Positions 48,119 through 59,099 of a stretch of DNA of 64,000 nucleotides are shown piece after piece; the first letter of the stretch is position 1; the number at the start of each line of letters is the position of its first letter. Source of the stretch: Macrostomum lignano. Lineage: Eukaryota. Where the stretch lies: positions 610,803-674,802 of the forward strand of contig NIVC01000206.1 of assembly GCA_002269645.1 (NCBI GenBank), given 5' to 3'. Both the position numbers and the translations under genes were made by a program. The notes beneath the pieces are model-generated. The model searched no databases, was not told the DNA's origin, and was given only the letters and a program-made list of their open reading frames with translations.

Positions 48119-48303
48119 TCATTTCTAGGACTCTAGTAAAATGCGCAAATAATAAGCTACTATTGTTTAAGTCAATCAATTAAATCTTTTCAGCAGCGAA
48201 TGCGGCTGATTGCTTCAAAATATGTCGAATTCAATTTTTTTCGCAGGTAAGCGTCTCTTATCAGTTGTTTGATTCTGAACTCTTAAGCAAGCTACTCTAC
48301 CAC

Positions 48304-48378
48304 ATGTAATGATGATTTATATGGATTAGTCTTTCTTAGTTCTCAAATGTGCAGACAAGCGCCCCTATCTGACTACTG
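48304..48378 (+). ncRNA. SNORD80: U80-like snoRNA, copy b
   Basis: C 48309; GATTAGTCTTT + CTTA; CGCCCCTAT + CTGA 48369. Confidence 0.85.
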
Positions 48379-48557
48379 TCAATTATAACTATGCAAATTA
48401 GCTCATTTAAGTAGTGTGCCAGACCTTTTATTGTCTGATTGTTAATTTACCATTTTATTTTTGCAGGAGTTCAATCAACTCCAGTTTGTGCGTTAAGATC
48501 TGCAGCTTTGAGGTGAGACAATGCTATTTCTAACCCAATAAATCAGGAGTTCACGTT

Positions 48558-48649
48558 GTAAAATGATGAGACATTTTTTGATCAACCATATGAGTCAATG
48601 TAGCTATTGGCTAAATGAATTGCGTTTTTTAAACTTCTCTCTGATTTAT
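48558..48649 (+). ncRNA. SNORD7: mgU6-47-like snoRNA with extra 18S 5'-end guide, copy a
   Basis: C 48563; GATCAACCA + T + ATGA (48590); TTAAACTTCTCT + CTGA (48641), one mismatch to U6. Confidence 0.75.
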
Positions 48650-48682
48650 TGCCCCTTTCCAATATCCTACTAACCAGCTGTA

Positions 48683-48770
48683 CATCAATGATGAGACATT
48701 TCCTGGATCAACCATATGAGCCTGACTATTGTTAGGTCTATGAATGGTTTCTAATCTTCTCTCTGAATGA
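48683..48770 (+). ncRNA. SNORD7: mgU6-47-like snoRNA with extra 18S 5'-end guide, copy b
   Basis: C 48688; GGATCAACCA + T + ATGA (48716); CTAATCTTCTCT + CTGA (48763), 12/12 to U6 AGAGAAGAUUAG, fifth nt pairs with A47. Confidence 0.88.
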
Positions 48771-49319
48771 TAGCAAATATCTACTAGGTCTGTTACTACA
48801 GGATTAAGCTGGGTAACTTTTAAGCGTCACTTGCTTCTCTTTACATTTCAGAGCCTCGAAATTGCTTCTGGAGATTTCCTTTTTTATATTATCCGGCTCT
48901 ACAAAACAATTGTGATAGACATTTTATTTGATTTGATTTGATTAAAGTCAAATTTTGACAGCAAATTGTAACTAATTTCTGTTATAATATATTTATTTAC
49001 TGAGCCTATACGCTTGCTAACAAACGGTCTTTCTCTGTTTTCGCTGTTTCATGCATTTAAAGAGTTTATTAAATACAAATACGTAATATGATCTTGAAAT
49101 CATGATATTCGTGATTTGATTACACCCTGAGAACATTCTGTCACTTTCAATAAATTTAAGGCATATTAGGATAGAGGATAGAAAAATGCAAGGCCCGTAA
49201 CAGAAACTAAATATGTACAGAACGTGAAGGATTGTGCAGTTCTGAAAGCTAGTGTGTGAGGGAGCTGTAGTCGGGTAGTAGGTAGTAAGGGTGGAAAATG
49301 TAGGTTAGTAGTCATACAT

Positions 49320-49471
49320 GCGCAACCTTGGGAATCACTCGGCCGTTTCTATTGGCAACACATGTAAGTCGCTATTGGCTGAGAGCAGTCGCGTGACTAC
49401 TATTCCGTCCAATAGCGGCTTACATGTGTGTGTTGCCAATAGAAACGGCCGGGTGAATCCCTAGGTTGCGC
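49320..49471. repeat. ~60-bp-arm inverted repeat (hairpin, MITE-like)
   Basis: 49320-49378 is the reverse complement of 49409-49471; ~30-nt loop; no clear TSD. Confidence 0.8.
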
Positions 49472-49508
49472 CCAAGCATGGTAGTAGTGTTAAAGACGCA
49501 GGTTTAGG

Positions 49509-49660
49509 GTAGCAGTGTAAAGGGAGGCAGGTGTATGTAGCAGTGTAAAGGGAGGCAGGTGTATGTAGCAGTGTAAAGGGAGGCAGGTGTAGGGTAGCAG
49601 CGTGAAGGGAGGCAGGTGTAGGTAGCAGTGTAAAGGGAGGCAGGTGTAGGTAGCAGCGTT
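49509..49660. repeat. 28-bp minisatellite (~5 copies)
   Basis: TAGCAGTGTAAAGGGAGGCAGGTGTA(T/G)G units. Confidence 0.85.
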
Positions 49661-49750
49661 AAGAGCTACGAACTTACTACTTTCGTTTCTACTTATATTC
49701 AGTCTTGCTTGATAATAATTTAAACAAATCACTGCAACCTTCCCACAGCC

Positions 49751-50299
49751 ATGTTTCGCAAATTCGACGACAAAGAGAACATCTCGTCCGTAAACAACGC
49801 CAAGAACAGTGTCCAGAAGGGTATCAGAAACACCATCCTGACGCAGTATCCGGGATGCGCAGATTACGTTGACCAGATTCTACCCAAGAAGGAAACGCTC
49901 AGCGTTGTCAAATGCCACGAGCACATCGAGCTGTACGCCAACCCGGCTGGCGAGGTGCTGTTCTTCAGGCAGCGCGACTCGCCGCTGTATCCCAGCTTGA
50001 AACTGCTGCACAGATATCCGTTCATGCTGCCGCACATGCAGGCGGACAAGGGCGCTATCAAATTCCTGCTGAACGGGTCCAATGTGATGTGCCCGGGCCT
50101 GACCACGCCTGGCGGCCGGCTGTCCCAGGTGCCAGCTAGCACAGTTGTTGCCGTCATGGCCGAAGGCAAACAGCACGCGTTAGCAATCGGCTTGACGGCG
50201 ATGAGCGCGGACGAGATTGCCAGCAAGAACAAAGGAGTTGGCATCGAGACTGTGCACTGTTTAAATGACGGCCTGTGGCGGCTGCGTTCTGTCAAGTAG
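49751..50299 (+). CDS. MCTS1: Malignant T-cell-amplified sequence 1 (MCT-1/Tma20; PUA-domain ribosome recycling/reinitiation factor)
   Basis: 182-aa intronless ORF: MFRKFDDKEN...VKCHEHIEL...DKGAIKFLLNGSNVMCPGLT...GKQHALAIG...HCLNDGLW. Confidence 0.97.
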   Translation: MFRKFDDKENISSVNNAKNSVQKGIRNTILTQYPGCADYVDQILPKKETLSVVKCHEHIELYANPAGEVLFFRQRDSPLYPSLKLLHRYPFMLPHMQADKGAIKFLLNGSNVMCPGLTTPGGRLSQVPASTVVAVMAEGKQHALAIGLTAMSADEIASKNKGVGIETVHCLNDGLWRLRSVK

Positions 50300-51913
50300 A
50301 TTTTCATTTGCGCTTTTTCCCCTACTCATATCGTGTTAACTTGGAAGCTCAGAAATATAATTATTTAAGATAAGCCTTAATTGACGGGTATTAGTAAGAT
50401 GTTTTACTGTGTAAAATATTTCAACTACAAATATTTAATGACGTGTTAGTTATCCAGTCTTAATTACGATCGTATTTGATACAGAGGTACAAATCTTGTG
50501 GTGTAACTTGTCATGTCATATAGACGCTTCTAAAAAGCTGAATTAAAGTAAACAGAAGGCATGTATCGCAGCAATGAAGCGAATGTGTCATCCAGTCTTG
50601 TAATAAATGGCAGATCGGCAGGCTGTACAGTATTTTAGACACCCGTTACAGAATTGAATGCCCGTACAATCACTGATTCATAACAGCATTTCGAAAATTT
50701 TATTACAAAAAATTGCCGCAGTACATCGGTACATGCATGCTACCTTCAACTAGTAAAAGTAAAAGTAAATCTGCTTACTATATGTACTTATACGAGTAAT
50801 CCGATAAATGAGAAGAACTAATATCAGTCTACCACTAAATCGATGTCTTCTGCCGTGCTCTGTAGTCTCACAATTGAGATCGCCGCGGTTGGCTCTATTT
50901 TCTGTAATTAAACTTGAACTCAAAAAACTTGCAGACTGAATTGTGTAAGCAAACTGAGAAAAAAGAATCGGAGAAGAGATCGAATTTCGTCCCATGCGGT
51001 CTATGGGGTGGGATCTCACATGGTTAACAATGGCAGGGTTTATACAAATAGAGCATGAGAACTAACTCTAGACCTGCATTGGTTGCTACGGGGGGCGAGG
51101 GTTAGGCGGTTAGGCTCCTCAGTTTTACAGTACACATACTCTGGTTGCGTTGGAGTATCTGGGAGAGGTTCAGTCCAAGTTCTTTTGCTGTTCTCTTGTG
51201 CGGGCCGCGGTCCGCGCGTCCATCCCTCGGTTGCCACGCCACTCGGGGTTGGGCGTCGGTCCTGGGCGTGCCCGCAGCTCCTCCCCAAGAGCTTCGTCTT
51301 GCGCTGCTGGGCACAATTGTGTTGCTGGGCACTATTGTTTTTATTCTTTGGCACAACGAACGCTCAAATTTCCTCTATCTTTGCCTTTCTTTCTGTCTCT
51401 AAGCTTTAGTTTCTATTTAAGTTTATTCTGCCGAATTTCTAAGCCCTATATAGTAAGTACTTTGACTCAACTTTTATGCTAACCCAATAAAATTATCTAA
51501 TATATGATTTTACCAAATAATGAAACTGCCTAGAATAGATTGATTCGTTATTGCACTATTAATAAGTGTTCAAAGCTTTCACCTTTAATTCTACTTGTGT
51601 TTGTCCATCAACACATGGATTTTTGTCTGTCCGCGTCAACTTTATTTTTGTAGGATTCGCAAAGGCTGTACAAATAGAATAACTCAGTCTCGTTAATTCC
51701 ATTCACAGTGATCTTTCTTCATCAATACTATTAAGCTGAAGCTGCAATCGTGATGGGGATGAGAGGAAGTCATATCGAGCACTAGTCCCCTAATTTCATA
51801 ATACTATAATTTATCTCATTTATCACCATATGGAGAATGTTCGACAAAGATTACACTTTCGTACAAGGAGTCAGGAGTTTTCCTTACACTTTCGTATAAG
51901 GAAAAAAGCCAGT

Positions 51914-51919
<6 letters not shown>

Positions 51920-51944
<25 letters not shown>

Positions 51945-52215
51945 ACAGGGACTGAGACTGGGACTGGGACTGGGGACAGAGACTGGGACAGGGACAGGGA
52001 CTGGGGCTGGGACGGGACTGGGACAGGGACTGGGACAGGGACTGGGACTGGGACTGGGACTGGGGACAGAGACTGGGACAGGGACTAGGACAGGGACAGG
52101 GACTGGGACAGGGACATGGACTGGGACTGGGACTGGGGACAGAGACTGGGACAGGGACTAGGACAGGGACAGGGACAGGGACTGGGACAGGGACATGGAC
52201 TGGGACTGGGACAGG
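51920..52215. repeat. (GGGACW)n hexamer repeat
   Basis: Direct. Confidence 0.9.
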
Positions 52216-52744
52216 GACAAGCAAAATTTTGACTGTAAAATCCCAGTGTCGGGCAGGTAAGGCCAGTAGTGCTGTCAAGTAGATCGAAAAGCTATAGTCG
52301 TGAGGTCGAGTCCGGCAATTCTTCGTCTCCTCCATCAGCCAAGCCAGCGATGTGCTGCATTGCGCTGCACTGGCTGCCAAGGACCTGCTCGCTCACCAGC
52401 TGCTGGTCTTCATCCCACGAGACGGTGCTCAGCAGCCCCTATGCATCGTGGGACGTGAGTCCTGGCTGCATTGGTGTTGCTGGGAAGTGTCCCTGTCGGT
52501 CTCACATTGTCTGCTGTGTGTGAGCAATCAGACACTCACTGCACGAATGGAATTTGAAAAGAACATTATGATTGTAATAACAAATATGATCTTATTTTTT
52601 CTTTAATCTGATTAGCTTTGTTCATTTCTCATAATGCTTCTGACATAGTGACAATTAGTATAGTCGTTTTTATGGCAAGTTTGAGCACAAAAGTCTAGAT
52701 AATATGGAATTGAAGGCTTTTAAAATGTGAGTCATGGATGAATT

Positions 52745-52935
52745 GGCGGTGAATAGTGGGTGAATCATGGATTAATCAGGGGTGAATAGTGGGTGAATCA
52801 TGAATGAATCAGGGGGTGAATAGTGGGGTGAATCATGGATTAATCAGGGGGTGAATAGTGGGTGAATCATGGATTAATCAGGGGTGAATAGTGGGTGAAT
52901 CATGGATTAATCAGGGAGTCAGTGGTGGGTGAATC
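52745..52935. repeat. ~32-bp minisatellite
   Basis: GTGAATCATGGATTAATCAGGGGTGAATAGTGG units. Confidence 0.85.
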
Positions 52936-53396
52936 AATGCTAATTGGAGGGTGAGTTGTTTGCGACAGGCTAAAATACTTTCCTACATGCTACATGCTAC
53001 GAGCTAATTTTGACAAAGGGTGGCGACAGAAGTTGGGCATTTATTCTTGGGCTTGAGAATTCGAGCAAGACAATGGGTCCTGACCAGAATTTCACTATTA
53101 CTGCATTCGCTGTGTCATGGTAGCCGGCCACTGTCTTCAGACGAAATTTCTGTCATTCAGACAGCGAGTTTGAACTCGCCAAGCAACTCAATTGGGAGGC
53201 TGGCTCATTTTCTTCCTCATTTTTCTCCAATGGGAGATTCAGGCTCAAAAAGGCAGCCTTAGCCAACTAGAGCAACACAAGAGCAGAGGGAAAGCATTAA
53301 AATACAAAAAGCTGCTGAGAAGCTTCAGTCTGCAGCTGCATTGCAATTGTCAAAACTGATTTAAAAGCAAGAACGAGTCTACAGCGTCACCAAGGC

Positions 53397-54323
53397 ATGA
53401 GTTCCAGCATCTTAACTGGACTGACTGCGGCGATGCTGCTGCCACTCCTGGTGCACTGCGGCAATGGAACCATGCACAGCAGCATCTCGCTCGGCGGCTG
53501 CGTGGTGCCGCAGACTCCGCAGCACTCGCTGGCGGCCTCGAGCGCCCGCATGTGCGCCTTCCTGTGCTCTCAGCTCCGTCGTCCTTGCATCGCCTGGAGC
53601 CACCGCGCAGGCGTCTGCAACATGTCGGACAGCCTCCAGACCGCCAGTCTGACGAACGACACCGACTGCCAGGCGTGGAGCGCCCTGCGCCAGCTCGGCC
53701 TCGTCGCCTTCTGGCCCATGAGCAACGTCACTCGGACTCGCAATGCGGTCTCGAACAGCGGCCATCTCGACCTGCAGGAGAACATCCCGATGCAGTACAC
53801 GGACAGCGCCGTCAACTTCACTGGTCAGTCGGGTGTGTCAGAGCGGTTCAACATTGACGAGCTGACTTCGGTGTGTCTCACCAGCCTCACCATGTCAGTG
53901 TGGGTCAAGGTCACCAACCCAGCGAGAGGTTCGATGCCTCTGCTGGAGGGCCTCACAATGCCTTCTTCATACCACACTCGGTTTTGGCTTCATCCTACAA
54001 CTACCGACATCGAGTTCACCGTTGCATTCAAGGTCCGAGTGTCCGGACCCACCGACACGGCCAGCGGTTGGACCCACATCGCCGCGGTGTACGACAAGCA
54101 GACACCGGAAGTCAGGATCCTCGTCAACGGAACTCGACAGGCCACCAGCGGCTCGGCCACCGCTTTGACCTCGTGCGCGGACTTCGGCAGCAGCGTGCAG
54201 ATCGGAGCCGTCAGCCGCAATGCCGATCACAAACGCGTGTTCCAAGGCTTCATGAGATGCTTCGGAGTGTCAGAGAGAGCTCTGAGCGACTCTGAAATTG
54301 CCGCTTTGATCCAGCTGTGCTAA
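53397..54323 (+). CDS. Secreted PAN/Apple + LamG/pentraxin-like lectin, copy 2
   Basis: 308-aa intronless ORF, near-identical to copy 1 except the signal peptide and one central segment. Confidence 0.85.
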   Translation: MSSSILTGLTAAMLLPLLVHCGNGTMHSSISLGGCVVPQTPQHSLAASSARMCAFLCSQLRRPCIAWSHRAGVCNMSDSLQTASLTNDTDCQAWSALRQLGLVAFWPMSNVTRTRNAVSNSGHLDLQENIPMQYTDSAVNFTGQSGVSERFNIDELTSVCLTSLTMSVWVKVTNPARGSMPLLEGLTMPSSYHTRFWLHPTTTDIEFTVAFKVRVSGPTDTASGWTHIAAVYDKQTPEVRILVNGTRQATSGSATALTSCADFGSSVQIGAVSRNADHKRVFQGFMRCFGVSERALSDSEIAALIQLC

Positions 54324-56253
54324 GCTGGGTGCCAGCAGACTTAGAAAACGATTCAATCTAATGTTAGACGTCCAATGTACTCAGGTCTCCAAACATTCCT
54401 ACCAACAGCTTATCCATCTGAATGCAAGTCAGTTACATTGCTGTAAGCAGCTGGCTACAGAACCAGCATTCAAGGGGTGTTTCACTATAACGTACGGTCT
54501 GTTTCGCGGTCACTTCGGCTGTCTGCAGATTTCCAGATATTTTTACTATCTACATGTACTTCTAGAAGGACCCCCTACTCACTTACAGTAAGCAATTGGG
54601 AATTAACGTGCAATTGACGCGATATTTTTTGGATTTTAAATAAACAGTTCAGATTTGAAGGACTAAAATACAACTATACCAATCAGAAGCGTTACTGTCA
54701 TTTTTTACCCTTGCAGAAGTTCAGTAAGCAATATTGCCTCAGTTTATAATATACATATCACATGTACAACATATCCAAGCAAAGAGACTTTACTACGAGT
54801 AATAACAGAATGCGCTCAAACATGTGGCATCCGTGAAGGAAAGATTTGCACCAGCTGCCTAACAGGTGACCCCCCCCCCCTAAATAGATGCCTGGCTGGT
54901 GCTAAACAGCTACCGCGCCACTGCGTTTTCACAGCCCTAGGGATGAAAATATGTACATGTAGGCAGGTGTGATCACAAAATTATTGGCTTAATTTGTGTG
55001 AACGAGCCTCAAGCAGGCTAACTGCCCTTAGTGCAAGACAATCCTTATGGTGCTCGTTGATTTTGAAGTAGGTGCAGGCCAGCGCGCCTTTGCGACTGCT
55101 GGCTATGACGATTTCAGAAACAAGTTGATTGGTACTCTCGTTAATTTTTAATGATGTTTTTACTCCTCTATTTAAAATAAAAAAGCGATATTTCTAACAT
55201 ATAAGGTGCAATTGATTCTTTTAATATGTATGAAATCCTTCCATTTGTTTAAACGCAAAGAGCCAATGTCAACAAACGTTTAATTTTGCAGGTCGCAGAT
55301 TGAATTTTAAAAGTTATCGCGTCGTGATAATTTTTTATTGGTCCATAGCTTTCATGTACCCAATAGGCAAATGGCTGACTAAAATAATTCAGTTATGAAA
55401 GAAGCATATGGAATAATTCTTACTAGAGAGAATTCAATCCCATGATTTGTCACTGATTGAACTAAGTTTTTGTCGCCCCCATCTCCAAGACAAGAGTTGC
55501 ACTGCATGTACATGTACGTTTTTATTTAGAAGTTTCTAAATGACCTTTAACTACAGTATCACTACTCAAGGTTTGTTCGTTGCTAACTTAACCTTTCTTG
55601 TTTTTATACTCACAGAAGTTGTTTTTATAGCATTAGTTGGTTTTTTATTTAAATTTTTTGTGGCGATTTTTATATCACATAAATTGCGCATTACTAATGA
55701 TAACATCTTAATTATTTCCTTTTATGCGTGGTTATTATATAGTTGTTTTTATAGGAAAAAATATAAAAGCAGGATAAAACTTTGATATATTTTATCATTA
55801 TGAATTCTATTTGTCATTTTTACCTCATTGAACTTCTTTAGTAACAGAAAGTATTAAAATAAAATGGAACATTTATTTATGAATTAAAGTAAACTTTTGA
55901 TTCTGAAAAACTTTGTTCATTCAAATTTTTATAACTGTACAATAATTTTACTGACTATGCAACTTTTAATAAGTAACGAAATAATTCTTATTTAATTCTT
56001 AATAACTAAATAAAATATGGTGTAGCAAATCCATAAACTGTTATCATTATTAAACAGTTGTCTAAGTGCAGTTAGCCAACCTAATTTGATGATGGGTTTC
56101 ATTTTCTCACTCAATTATTTGTGTATACACTTACAGTGGAGTTCTTATCAAGCATATAATATTAAAGGTATATTAAGTTAAGTTCGTACATATACATAGA
56201 AACTCTTTAGGTTTTTAGTTTTTGACAAGGCATAATACGATCTTGCTACTGAA

Positions 56254-56439
56254 CAGTGGCGTAGGGAGGGGGATCAGGGGGGATGTATCCCCCCCCGAAG
56301 AGCCTGACCAAAACTTTTTTGTTGCACTTTTTCGCTATACATGCTACCATGTGAGCACTTTTACCTTGGTGTATCCCCCCCGTAGGAAATTCACCTTGGT
56401 GTATCCCCCCCCCGTAGGAAATTCCTGGCTACGCCCCTG
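56254..56439. mobile_element. hAT-type MITE
   Basis: TIR CAGTGGCGTAG / CTACGCCCCTG; 8-bp TSD CTACTGAA at 56246-56253 and 56440-56447. Confidence 0.9.
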
Positions 56440-56771
56440 CTACTGAAAGTAGATCAGCTGTCATCCAAAAATATTTTTGCTTCTTAGCAACAATTTTGCC
56501 GCCATGCATCATCCATGACCTTAGAAAAAGTATACGAGCCATGTGTTCTCAATCCATCCATTATAGTTTAAGTAGAAAAAAAATCCCGCACAACTTGCAC
56601 AACTTGCATGTTCAGTGATTTCATGAAAAATTTCGTACATCAATTTACCAGAACTGGACACAAGAGTGGAGCATGGTTAATGGAGTTCTGCATGTTGACA
56701 GCCAGCCAAGATAAATTTGCTGACTAAAATCTCAGTCTCACTTTGGGTCTTCGATTTTTGTTTGGATTGCG

Positions 56772-57345
56772 ATGCTTCTGCTTCTGCCGCTGCTTCTCGG
56801 CCTGCTTTTCTGCATCGGTGCGAACGCCGAGCTGCACAGCACTCGCTGGCGGCCTCGAGCGCCCGCATGTGCGCCTTCCTGTGCTCTCAGCTCCGTCGTC
56901 CCTGCATCGCCTGGAGCCACCGCGCAGGCGTCTGCAACATGTCGGACAGCCTCCAGACCGCCAGTCTGACGAACGACACCGACTGCCAGTCGTGGAGCGC
57001 CCTGCGCCAGCGCGGTCTCGTCGCCTTCTGGCCCATGAGCAACGCCACTCGGACTCGCAATGCGGTCTCGAACAGCGGCCATCTCGACCTGCAGGAGAAC
57101 ATCCCGATGCAGTACACGGACAGCGCCGTCAACTTCACTGGTCAGTCGGGTGTGTCAGAGCGGTTCAACATTGACCAGCTGACTTCGGTGTGTCTCGACA
57201 GTCTCACCATGTCAGTGTGGGTCAAGGTCACCAATGCGTCAAGGGGTTCGATGCCTCTGCTGGAGGGCCTCACAATGCCTTCTTCATACCACACTCGATT
57301 GTGCTTCGTCCTTCAACTGCCGACATCATGTTCGCCCGAATGCAT
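56772..57345 (+). pseudogene. PAN + LamG lectin, copy 3 (pseudogene)
   Basis: 43-nt frameshifting deletion at CAGCA microhomology after ELHS, 1-nt deletion near 57303, C-terminal third missing. Confidence 0.8.
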
Positions 57346-57961
57346 ATCACTTTTATATTGTTTTAAGCAGTCGTCTTCAGAACCAAGCATACATCTACAT
57401 GTACATCACTAGAACTATAACGCCTTTATGTACACGTCTATGTTTTGGCTTCGTCTGTCTGCCCATTTCCAGATATGATTATCTATCTGCTTCTAAAAAG
57501 ACATTTAGACGCGATCGTACGCCCGAGAAGGGCTCATGACGTTGAAAGTTAAAAATTTAGTAGTGTAGCATAAAATCACTATATATTTTTTAGTTTTATT
57601 CGTCAGACCCTACTTACAGAAAGCAATGAGAATTTAATAAAATCGCAATCAATTATTTTATGCTTGGATTTGGAGCATAGCATTCAACTATTAGGTAGTA
57701 TTCTATAATATTAATCAGAAGCATCAATACGACAGCTCCCTCAAACAGGATAAAAACCGACACCGTACAAACGCAAGCGGTCCCTTTTGAGTACAAAATT
57801 CTTTTTCGCCTCAGTTTACACGTCTCAAAGCAATTTGAGACTTTAATGACTAACAATATATGCACGAATAACAGTGACACTCGTCAGACTGACAGATGGC
57901 ATGCACCTCTCCAACAGGTGACCCTCATCTGTCTGGCTTGAGCTAAACATCCATCTGTCCA

Positions 57962-58156
<195 letters not shown>

Positions 58157-58202
58157 GGTGTCTGTCTGTCTGTCTGTCTGTCTTAGTGTCTGTCTGTCTG
58201 TG

Positions 58203-58235
<33 letters not shown>

Positions 58236-58238
58236 TGG

Positions 58239-58316
<78 letters not shown>

Positions 58317-59099
58317 GATTCCCACCCGAATCCCACACCCCAATCGACCCCGAATTCCATTTTTGCAAAGCTACGCTTCTCTTTGTCTCGCTTTCCCGTT
58401 TTCTCGCTTCCTCCAACCCCTCTCTACCCTCTTTTCGCGCTCTATCCCTCTCGCCTTTTCCAAGAGGGGGCCGTTGCGATGGCAACCTGGGGGATGAGAT
58501 TGCGGTGGGGGGGGGGGTTGGCCACCCGCCGCGGCCGTACTGCAGCATTGTTGTATTAACGTTGAGCCCTAAATGAAACAAAAAACCCAAAGCCCCAAAA
58601 GCCAGTTTGCTGTGCAGGCGCAGGAGTAGCAAGAGACGGTCTAGAAGAGCCTGCATGATTGGGTTGATGGGACAGAGAGCTTAGGAGATGTGGCAGCGGA
58701 TGTCCCATGCACACACAGAGGCGGTGACTGCAGTCAAATAGTGGAAGAGTTTGAGGCATGAACGGATGCTTTGCGTCATTCAGAAATATTTTAATTATAG
58801 ATATGATTTTTAGTATATGGAAGGAAGAATTGTTTTTTATGAACACTAATTGACTGGCGTTTGATTGACGTCAAAAATAATAGTCTGCCAGCTATATCAG
58901 TCTGACAGCAGGTTCTCCATTATCTTGTGCTTTGACTTTTTAAACTCTGCAACAGTTATTGTCAAGAGGCTTGGTTAGAGCATTGTTGCAAGGTAAGCTT
59001 ATCCATATATTATTCTTATGCATTTTTTGCTGTTTGTTTGTAAATCAAGTTCTATTGTGGTACAGGGCTCACAGGAGTTTTTCCTATATACCTTCTGCA

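Larger units (their letters stand above)
40749..49170 (+). ncRNA. Non-coding multi-snoRNA host gene (GAS5/UHG-like)
   Basis: Short AG-GT exons: 40749-40769, 41407-41464, 41680-41726, 42344-42365, 42567-42634, 43530-43568 (stops in all three frames), 43790-43826, 45230-45256, 45502-45542, 45828-45878, 46423-46462, 46717-46775, 46995-47028, 47539-47578, 47813-47858, 48194-48246, 48467-48512, 48802-48812, 48852-end (AATAAA ~49149). Nearly every intron holds at least one RTGATGA...CTGA unit. Confidence 0.85.

Noticed and set aside
51040-52606. Overlapping short ORFs and a GC-rich exon-like patch at 52270-52520
   Set aside because: No recognisable domain or consistent splice phase; may be real but cannot be supported
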